Source: Candidatus Aenigmatarchaeota archaeon
GTDB taxonomy: Archaea > Aenigmatarchaeota > Aenigmatarchaeia > CG10238-14 > SCSR01
Assembly: GCA_038998625.1 (NCBI GenBank)
Contig: JAWADS010000001.1
Location: 9,222 to 73,221 of the forward strand
Length of the DNA stretch: 64,000 nt
Direction of reading: 5' to 3'
Below are positions 56,973 to 64,000 of the stretch, in pieces; within the stretch, counting starts at the first letter, position 1, and each line of letters opens with the position of its first letter. The translations under genes and the position numbers were made by a program. The notes beneath the pieces were generated by a model. It was given only the letters and a program-made list of their open reading frames with translations, did not search any database and was not told the DNA's origin.

Positions 56973-58007
56973 TTGAAGAAAAGCAGAAAGAGGGAATTAC
57001 AAGAAGGAATGTTTTGGGAAAAGGAAAAAAATGGAATAAGATGTTACATTTGTGCGAGAAAGTGCTTTATCGCCAAAGATAAGAGAGGATATTGTTTAGT
57101 AAGGAAAAACATTAATAATAAATTATTTGTTTTGAATTATGGCAAAATTGTTTATTCAGCTCCAGAGCCCATGGAAAAGCTGCCACAATTTCATTTTTAT
57201 CCAGGAAAGCTCACTTTTTCTATAGCATCGCCTGGAAGTAATTTTGCCTATCAGCCCAACGAAATTCTTCAAATTTTCAAGGATAAAGATCAGGAAGAAG
57301 TGAAGGGTGAAGATTGGACCCCAGAAAAAGTTGTGAAAAAAGCTGAGACGAGCAAATGCGTAGCCATAAGCTATACGGCCACAGAGCCTGCAATGTATTA
57401 TGAATTTATGTTTAAAGTAGCTAGGGCAGCTTATAGAAGCAATATAAAAAACATTATTGTTACCAATGGTTTTATGACCCTGGAGGCGATTAAAAAAATT
57501 GTTAAATTCTTAAATGCCGCTACAGTTAACATTTACGCTTCGGCTGATGAGCAGTTTTATTCAAACTACATGCAAGTAAAAAAACTCGACCCAATTTTTG
57601 ATGTTTTAAAGCAAATGAAAAAACATAGGGTGCACATAGAAATTGCCAATTGGATATTTCCTCAAATAGGAGATAGCATAGAAAATTGTAGAAAATTAGC
57701 TCAATGGATATCTTCTGAACTAGATTCTGATGTGCCCATGCATATTATGAGATTTTATCCTGATCATAAATTCTCAGAATTGCCTGCCACGCCAGCAGCT
57801 ACTTTAGAAAAATGCATAGAAGAAGCGAGAAAGACTGGATTAAGGCATGTATATATAGGCAATGTTCCTGGACATATGGATGAAAATACCTACTGCTATA
57901 ATTGCAGAAATCTTTTAATAGAAAGAAAAGGGTTTCAAGTAAAAAAGATTAATCTCGCTAAAGAGAGATGTCCATATTGTGGAGTAAGAATTAACATTGA
58001 GGTTTAA
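56973..58007 (+). CDS. AmmeMemoRadiSam-type radical SAM homolog with degenerate (Cys-less) cluster motif
   Basis: N-terminal IRCYICARKCFIAKDKRGYCLVRKN and C-terminal CYNCRNLL...CPYCG match AMMECR1-associated radical SAM enzymes, but the expected CxxxCxxC site reads SPGSNFAYQPN. Confidence 0.5.
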   Translation: MKKSRKRELQEGMFWEKEKNGIRCYICARKCFIAKDKRGYCLVRKNINNKLFVLNYGKIVYSAPEPMEKLPQFHFYPGKLTFSIASPGSNFAYQPNEILQIFKDKDQEEVKGEDWTPEKVVKKAETSKCVAISYTATEPAMYYEFMFKVARAAYRSNIKNIIVTNGFMTLEAIKKIVKFLNAATVNIYASADEQFYSNYMQVKKLDPIFDVLKQMKKHRVHIEIANWIFPQIGDSIENCRKLAQWISSELDSDVPMHIMRFYPDHKFSELPATPAATLEKCIEEARKTGLRHVYIGNVPGHMDENTYCYNCRNLLIERKGFQVKKINLAKERCPYCGVRINIEV

Positions 58008-58032
58008 AAAACTTTAAGAACAATGTGAAGAT

Positions 58033-58464
58033 ATGCTGACCAAAGAGGAAATAGAAGAAAAGTTGGAAAAGGGTTGGATAAAATCTAGGCTATGGTTTGA
58101 AGTTATGTCTACTGATAAAACTCTTACAGAAAAAACTTTGAAAGAGCATATAGAGAAACTGAAAAAGGAAAAATTTACTATTGTGATAAATGAAAGGTAT
58201 GAAAAGGTAGAAGAGGTTGAAAAGCCTAGGCAAAATTTGGAAAAGGCTTATTCTCAAGCTGTAGAAGTAGAAATTTTAACAAAAGATATTGAAACATTAC
58301 TTTTTGATGTTATATTTTTTGCTCCTAGTGCAGTGGAAATTTTAGAACCAAAAGAGTTAAAAGTCGGAATAGATACATTGCAAACAATAATGAACTCTGT
58401 AGCAGACATTTTACATAGATTTGCTTCTGTGGGTGGTGGTATAATAATTTCAACAAAAAAGTAA
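58033..58464 (+). CDS. hypothetical protein
   Basis: 143-aa ORF, charged helical N-terminus. Confidence 0.3.
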   Translation: MLTKEEIEEKLEKGWIKSRLWFEVMSTDKTLTEKTLKEHIEKLKKEKFTIVINERYEKVEEVEKPRQNLEKAYSQAVEVEILTKDIETLLFDVIFFAPSAVEILEPKELKVGIDTLQTIMNSVADILHRFASVGGGIIISTKK

Positions 58465-58502
58465 AGATTTAATTAAAATTTTCCTGTCTTTTCAAAATTT
58501 AC

Positions 58503-58671
58503 TACCACTTTTAGGAGTTCTAAATCTATATAAATTTTTCTATTTTTTCCTAGTTTTATTTATAAAGATTTTGTACCACTTTTAGGAGTTCCAACTCCTA
58601 AGAGTTGTATTTCCAATGCTTTTTAAAGCCTTTATATAGATTGCGAACCACCAATGGTGGTTCTAAATCTA
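58503..58671. promoter_or_regulatory. cluster of repeated and palindromic motifs (candidate operator sites)
   Basis: taccacttttaggagttc at 58503 and 58574; palindromes ggagttccaactcc (58585-58598) and gaaccaccaatggtggttc (58645-58663); ttctaaatcta repeated at 58518 and 58661. Confidence 0.45.
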
Positions 58672-58709
58672 GATAAAGGGGAAAATTTTTCAAAAAAGTT
58701 TACAAAGAA

Positions 58710-58760
58710 GGACCTCGCGCCTATATTCTTTGTTTTATATCTCGCGCGAGGTGGACCGCC
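58710..58760. other. GC-rich inverted repeat/hairpin in AT-rich intergenic DNA
   Basis: ggacCTCGCGCctatattctttgttttatatctcGCGCGAGgtggacc: 8-9-bp GC stem with about 24-nt AT-rich loop. Confidence 0.4.
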
Positions 58761-58814
58761 CAGTGGAGCGAACCAATAAAAAAATTAAAAACCTTAAAAA
58801 ATTAATTAGAAAAT

Positions 58815-59720
58815 GTGAAACAATTTACAACCTTTTCAGTATTATTACTCTTTATTTTTCTTTTGTTTAGCCCTTTAACTTTGGCCCAAATTCAATTTTA
58901 TAGTGCAGATAATGCTTTAAGCAAAGAAGGAAAAACTTTTGTGAAAAAAATAATAACTTTTTACTTCCCTGAAAAAACCTTTGAATTTTCTATTTTTGGA
59001 AAAATTGAAAATTTTCAAGCAAGTAGCAATGCTGGCCCAGTGAGTTGTGAAGTGAAATCAGAAGCTGTAAGTATAGTTAAATGTTTTATGAATTTAACAC
59101 CAGAAAAAAGGACTTTAGAGCTGAGCTATGAAACTTTTGATTTTGTTAAAAAAATAGATAAAAAATTTTATTTTAATGGGGATTTTAGTATTTATAAAAA
59201 TATAACTTCAGCATATTTTGCTGTTAGGCTTCCTGAAGGTGCGGCCATAAGCTCAGATCTTGCAATTAGCTCAATACTCCCAGAAAATTATCAAACAGTT
59301 AGTGATGGTAGAAGAATAATTGTTCAATGGAATATGAATAACATTTCGAGTGCTCAATCATTGAAGTTACAAGTAATATATGAAGAAGTAACCTCAACTA
59401 TTGTTGGTTTAACTCTTCAGCAATTACTTTTAGCGAGTGTATTAGCAGCGGCAGGCACAGGTTTATTTTTGTATAAAAGAATAAAAAAACCTAAGGAAGT
59501 AATCCTTTCAGTTTTAGATGAAAATGAAAGAAAAGTTATTGAGATATTAAGCGCTGCTGGTGGTGAATTAAACCAAAAAAGGATAGTTCAAGAAACAAAT
59601 CTTTCTAAAGCAAAAGTTAGCAGGCTAATAAAAAGCCTTTCTCAGAGGGGTTTAATAGAGGTTCAAAGGACGGGCAGAACAAATAAGATAAAATTGGTAA
59701 AAACTAAATTTATGGAATGA
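58815..59720 (+). CDS. membrane-tethered transcriptional regulator (extracellular domain, one TM, C-terminal winged HTH)
   Basis: Signal peptide; TM LLLASVLAAAGTGLFLY; C-terminal ERKVIEILSAAGGELNQKRIVQETNLSKAKVSRLIKSLSQRGLIEVQRTGR wHTH (MarR/TrmB-like). Confidence 0.55.
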   Translation: MKQFTTFSVLLLFIFLLFSPLTLAQIQFYSADNALSKEGKTFVKKIITFYFPEKTFEFSIFGKIENFQASSNAGPVSCEVKSEAVSIVKCFMNLTPEKRTLELSYETFDFVKKIDKKFYFNGDFSIYKNITSAYFAVRLPEGAAISSDLAISSILPENYQTVSDGRRIIVQWNMNNISSAQSLKLQVIYEEVTSTIVGLTLQQLLLASVLAAAGTGLFLYKRIKKPKEVILSVLDENERKVIEILSAAGGELNQKRIVQETNLSKAKVSRLIKSLSQRGLIEVQRTGRTNKIKLVKTKFME

Positions 59721-59975
59721 AAAAGAAAAAATAAGTCTTTTTTTAAAAAAATTGACTTAAAATTTCCGTAGAAACAATTATCTCGTTAATTTTATATATT
59801 AGAAACAATTAAAAGAATTATTTTATAATCTGTTTTTAACTAAGAAATTGTTTCAAGAAATTTTTATATACATTATAAATCAAAATTAACTTTAAGAAAT
59901 CCCAAGCGCTGTAGACTATAGAATCGAGATGATATAGTTTACAGTGAAGAAAAAATTAGAAGGTGAAATGGAAAA

Positions 59976-62237
59976 ATGCAAATTAAGAAATGGGTTGCCA
60001 CGGGTTTATCAGCCTTAATGGCTGGAGCAACCTTGGCAGGAGCTGTTTTAGCCGCACCACTAAGTAACTACCCTGCTTTCTTTGGTGGGGAAGTTCCTTA
60101 TGTGGTGATTGGCGCCACTGCAGCTTCTAGTGATGTAGTAGGAGCAGTAGACATAATGGCTAGCTTGGCAGGTGTTTCTGTTGTAGAGAAAACCGTGCCA
60201 GGCGTGCCCACTACTCAAGTTTTGGGAATCGAAAGAAAGGTAGTGATCCCAACTACTAACGCAGGTTCAGTTATAGCATCAACTACTCCAAATGCAAATC
60301 AATTTCCAATTCCACTAAAGACATATCACTTTAGTGGATTGTTACAAGGACAATTTAGCTATAAAGGGACAAGCTATAACTATCATGAAGAAGTTAATTT
60401 TGGTACAACAAATCCAATCCTAACTCATAGCTTAACAACCTACGTAAATGGAACACTAAAAATGAAAGTAGATACTAATGCAGTAGAATACCGTTATGTA
60501 TTTGATAACACAATACCGGCATCTGATTTCAACTTCCAAACAGCCAATACAACAAGCTATCAAAATCCAGTGTCAGTTAAGGTAGCTGGTAAAGATTTCT
60601 TAATAGTAGCAGTACCATCCTCAAGCTCCTTTGTTGCTCTAACAGGAACTGTAGGATGGGTAACTGCTGGTTCAACAACAGGCTTAACAGTCGGTGATTT
60701 GACAGCATTAGTAGATGCTGTATATCAGAACACTCAAGCATCAATAAGAATAGTTGACAAAGACGGCAATCTAGTTGCTAATTTGGGTGTAGTGGGAACA
60801 GATGCAAGAAGTTTTACATTTGGAGGCAAGACTTACAAAATTAAAGTATTAAATACCGCACTATCTACTAAAGAATCAGTTGCTGATAGTGCGCAATTAG
60901 TATTCGGGGAAGGAGATGTAGAAAAAACTTACGACGGAAGTGATACAGCAGTAATAGCAGATTGGGGTCCTCAGTGGAAGATTTCTGGAAATTTCCCTAC
61001 AGCAGGTCAAATTCAAGCTGGCAATTACATAAAAGTAGTTTATAGTCCAGCAACTCTAGATGAGGCCCAAAAGTATTATGAGGCTGGATCTAAGTTCTTG
61101 GGTCCAGGCGGTTACTTTGAGTTAAGCTATGCTGGCCTTACTCCAGATAAATTTGCTAAAGTTACTATAGCTCCGGTGTCAGGCAAAACAGTATACAATT
61201 CAACAGCAGCTTCAGGATATTCAACTTGGAGCGGCTTAAATGGACTAGAGTTTTCAACAGATGTTGGTGGCACTATAGTATATGGCGGAGTAGGATATGA
61301 TAAAACATATCTTCTCTTTAATGCATCAGATTCAGCAAGTCTCTTTAATGGTACTTTCTATTGGTTAGGTTACTTCGATAAAAACACTAATAGAATAGTA
61401 AATTTAACAGCGCCAGAAAAAATAAATGACACCACCTATAGAACATTCAAATTTGATTTGTCATATGGTGGGAGCGCAGCAGTAACATACAGTGTATGGG
61501 GTGAATTTGATGGATCAACTTTGTTAAACAATTTGACAATAAATACAACAGGAGCACCAGAGGAAGTTGTTCTTGCATATAGAAATAGAACAGCTTCTTC
61601 AACCACAGCATCTCCAGAGTTAGTGTTGGGACCTACAGCAGCCAAGTCAGAATCTAATGATGTCAGAGCAACGGTAGAAGGTAGTCTTAGTGATATATCT
61701 CTTCAAGAAAAGGATGTATTAACTGACAATGGAGTAATAGTATACACAGTAAAAGGAAATGCAGATGCAGATAAGGCCGTAGTAGGAATACCTCCAGAAA
61801 CAGTTTATGGTTTAGTACAGTTTGGTAAAGTAGTTGCAACAACAGGTGCCGGTCAGACTTACAAGGAATTTGTCCCAGTTACTGCCGCTGTGGCTAAGCT
61901 AGATAGCGAGCTTACAACTGCTGCTGATAGAGGAGCAAAGCATCTAATCCTGGTTGGAGGTCCTTGTGTAAATACCCTAGTTGCTGATTTGGCAACTGCG
62001 GGTAAGTTCCCATACACATGTGCCACCTGGCCAGGAAGAGACTTTGGTATGATTAAAGTAATAGACGATGCCTTTGCAACTGGTAAGATAGCGGTAGTTG
62101 TGGCTGGAACAAGGGCAGCTGATACAAGATTGGCAGCTTCTGTGTTACAGCAATATGCAACAAGACTAGCTGGTGTGGCAGCCAGTACAGTAGAAGTAAC
62201 TGGTACAACTGCAGCTCCTGTAGTAACTCCAGTATAA
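59976..62237 (+). CDS. secreted surface protein, S-layer candidate
   Basis: Signal peptide MQIKKWVATGLSALMAGATLAGAVLA; 753 aa rich in T/S/G/A/V with many N-x-T/S sequons; SD-like AGGTGA 9 nt upstream; codon usage more GC-rich than neighbours. Confidence 0.5.
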   Translation: MQIKKWVATGLSALMAGATLAGAVLAAPLSNYPAFFGGEVPYVVIGATAASSDVVGAVDIMASLAGVSVVEKTVPGVPTTQVLGIERKVVIPTTNAGSVIASTTPNANQFPIPLKTYHFSGLLQGQFSYKGTSYNYHEEVNFGTTNPILTHSLTTYVNGTLKMKVDTNAVEYRYVFDNTIPASDFNFQTANTTSYQNPVSVKVAGKDFLIVAVPSSSSFVALTGTVGWVTAGSTTGLTVGDLTALVDAVYQNTQASIRIVDKDGNLVANLGVVGTDARSFTFGGKTYKIKVLNTALSTKESVADSAQLVFGEGDVEKTYDGSDTAVIADWGPQWKISGNFPTAGQIQAGNYIKVVYSPATLDEAQKYYEAGSKFLGPGGYFELSYAGLTPDKFAKVTIAPVSGKTVYNSTAASGYSTWSGLNGLEFSTDVGGTIVYGGVGYDKTYLLFNASDSASLFNGTFYWLGYFDKNTNRIVNLTAPEKINDTTYRTFKFDLSYGGSAAVTYSVWGEFDGSTLLNNLTINTTGAPEEVVLAYRNRTASSTTASPELVLGPTAAKSESNDVRATVEGSLSDISLQEKDVLTDNGVIVYTVKGNADADKAVVGIPPETVYGLVQFGKVVATTGAGQTYKEFVPVTAAVAKLDSELTTAADRGAKHLILVGGPCVNTLVADLATAGKFPYTCATWPGRDFGMIKVIDDAFATGKIAVVVAGTRAADTRLAASVLQQYATRLAGVAASTVEVTGTTAAPVVTPV

Positions 62238-62338
62238 AATTAGCTCCAGTCTATATAGGCTGAATTTGCCGACTTTTTTATTTTCTTTGTTTTTTGAATT
62301 AATTGTTTCTTGAGTAGAATTTTTAGGAAAGTCTAAAT

Positions 62339-62890
62339 ATGGTTTTGAGAATAAAAATTACAAGGGAGCAAATAATTGGATTTACTTCTTTACTACTTTT
62401 GTTTTTAGTGGGAATTTATCTTTATCTAAACTTTTATCCTGTAAGAACGGTAGTGATTGATGGTACACCCATAACTTTTAGGCAAAATATTAAGGAAGCA
62501 AAAAATGTTTTAGTTTTCCCCAATGAAGATGAAATATTCAATAAACTTTTCAATACAGCAGTAATTAACATAACCTTTGTTTTTAAAGATGCTGGGGAAA
62601 GGGAAAATCCTTATTATATTTTACAAGAAGTAGAGATAATAAATAAACTGACTTTTGCATACGCTAGACTTAATAGAAAAGTTAATTTTAACGCTATGCC
62701 CATCGAAACCTATGAAAATCTTAGAGGCACAATTTACAATCCCATTATAGCTTTAATTCATCCTATTTATGCCAATGAAACTTTTGTTATGGTAAAGGAT
62801 AATGTGATTTTTATTTCTGGTAAAAACTATAAAGATTTTGATTTAGCGACAATAAGATTCTTATCTATTGCTTTAAATATAAAAATTTGA
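62339..62890 (+). CDS. single-pass membrane protein, hypothetical
   Basis: 183-aa ORF with N-terminal TM. Confidence 0.3.
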   Translation: MVLRIKITREQIIGFTSLLLLFLVGIYLYLNFYPVRTVVIDGTPITFRQNIKEAKNVLVFPNEDEIFNKLFNTAVINITFVFKDAGERENPYYILQEVEIINKLTFAYARLNRKVNFNAMPIETYENLRGTIYNPIIALIHPIYANETFVMVKDNVIFISGKNYKDFDLATIRFLSIALNIKI

Positions 62891-62915
62891 TATTTGAAAA
62901 ATAAAGTAGGGTTTT

Positions 62916-64000
62916 ATGTATTGGATTGATGCAATATTGCTCGCAGCATTGTTTCTAATTTGTTATACCATGACATTTCATTTAATTCTTTGGTTTGAAA
63001 ATCGAAACCATTTGTATAAAAGAGGTTATAAAAAACAAAAATTGCCTGACTTAAGTTTAATCATTCCTGCTTACAATGAATCTAATGGAATTTTGAATAC
63101 CTTAAAGAGATTGCTAAAGGTTAATTATCCAAGAAATAAGCTAGAGGTTTTAGTTATCGATGATGGAAGTGAAGATAATACTTATCAAATAGCAAAGGAT
63201 TTTTCTAAAAGACATAAATTCATTAAAGTTTTCAGGAAAAGGCATTCTGGTAAAGCAGCCAGCATAAATTTTGGAATTCTTAAAGCTAAGAATGAATTTG
63301 TTGGTGTTATGGATGCTGATAGCCATTTAACTCCTAATGCTTTGCTGAATTGTATGAAATATTTTAATTCTGATGATGTTGCTGCAGTCACAACTAGAAT
63401 TTTAGTAAAACAAAAGAAAACCCTTTTAGAAAAATGGCAAGATATAGAATTCAAAATAATTGCTTTGGCTAGAAAAATTAAGGAAAGTTTAAATCTTATT
63501 GATGTAACTCCAGGGCCTTTGAGTATTTACAGGAAAAAAGCTTTAATTAAGGTCGGAATGTTTGACGAAAAAAATCTCTTGGAAGATATGGAAATAGCAT
63601 GGCGCCTTTTAAAATATGGTTATAAAATAAATATGGCCTATGATGCTAAAGTCTACACTTTTTACCCTGGAAAATTTTTGGCATGGTTAAAACAAAGAAC
63701 AAGATGGCATATTGGGTGGCTTCAGATAATAACAAAATACCTTAATTCTATATTTAAAGATCATCCTGTCGGAACTTTTCTTTTACCTGTTGCATTGTTA
63801 AGCGTAGCTTTTCAGGCAATAGTAACGGGAATAATTATTTATTTGTTTTTAACTTGGTTAATAACCATGATTTATTATATTCATAACTCTTTAGTACTAA
63901 AAATAATGCCACAGATTTTCTATTTTGATTTTCAACCAAACATTTTTACTTTTTACGGAATTTTGTTCTCTATTTTGGGTATCTATTTTTCATTAGTTAT
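62916..64000 (+). CDS. family 2 glycosyltransferase with QxxRW motif (processive-type, cellulose/chitin-synthase-like), truncated by window end
   Basis: ATG at 62916; IIPAYNES, VIDDGSED, MDADS, QRTRWHIGW motifs followed by TM helices; ORF runs to window end and is absent from ORF track. Confidence 0.65.
   Translation, partial: MYWIDAILLAALFLICYTMTFHLILWFENRNHLYKRGYKKQKLPDLSLIIPAYNESNGILNTLKRLLKVNYPRNKLEVLVIDDGSEDNTYQIAKDFSKRHKFIKVFRKRHSGKAASINFGILKAKNEFVGVMDADSHLTPNALLNCMKYFNSDDVAAVTTRILVKQKKTLLEKWQDIEFKIIALARKIKESLNLIDVTPGPLSIYRKKALIKVGMFDEKNLLEDMEIAWRLLKYGYKINMAYDAKVYTFYPGKFLAWLKQRTRWHIGWLQIITKYLNSIFKDHPVGTFLLPVALLSVAFQAIVTGIIIYLFLTWLITMIYYIHNSLVLKIMPQIFYFDFQPNIFTFYGILFSILGIYFSLV

Noticed and set aside
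1-64000. Scan for rRNA genes, transposases/IS elements and integrases
   Set aside because: No rRNA-like conserved stretches, no DDE transposase or tyrosine recombinase ORFs were recognisable; tRNA-adjacent regions show no obvious att-like direct repeats

Overview
This is an AT-rich archaeal window with small genes, archaeal information-processing proteins, and tRNAs carrying multiple short non-canonical introns, which fits a DPANN-like or similarly reduced archaeon. Three regions can be separated.

(1) Housekeeping genes: an RPA-like protein, RadA, Bud32, ribosomal proteins uS15, eS1 and eS17, a RecJ/GAN-like DHH nuclease, diphthine synthase, Topo VI B and A, aIF-1A, EndA, EndoQ, Alba, and an AMP phosphorylase plus ribose-1,5-bisphosphate isomerase pair.

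(2) A large accessory cell-surface region from about 8.6 to 33.6 kb. It holds six paralogous polytopic membrane proteins and coiled-coil proteins. It also carries a type-IV-pilus-like machine: a FlaI/TadA-family ATPase with a long N-terminal extension, a FlaJ/TadC-like platform protein, and at least six class-III-signal-peptide pilin-like genes, several of them cysteine-rich. Further along are a secreted Cys-repeat protein, a 2468-aa giant surface protein ending in tandemly duplicated 6-Cys modules with a terminal CC doublet, and one more pilin-like gene. I propose this as a candidate pilus and giant-adhesin surface or host-interaction system.

(3) Seven tRNA genes, all apparently intron-containing: Trp, Thr(UGU), Phe, Val, Leu, Gly and Thr(CGU). 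Most introns sit at non-canonical positions, including 12-13-nt micro-introns in or next to the anticodon stem and one in the T-loop. A tRNA-splicing endonuclease gene lies directly beside tRNA-Phe. A roughly 286-nt SRP RNA is present and is overlapped by spurious ORFs.

Other notable items are a degenerate radical-SAM (AmmeMemoRadiSam-like) homolog lacking the Cys triad, a membrane-tethered winged-HTH regulator preceded by repeated palindromic sites and a GC-rich hairpin, an S-layer-like protein, and three GT2 glycosyltransferases. No CRISPR array, rRNA or clear transposase was seen.
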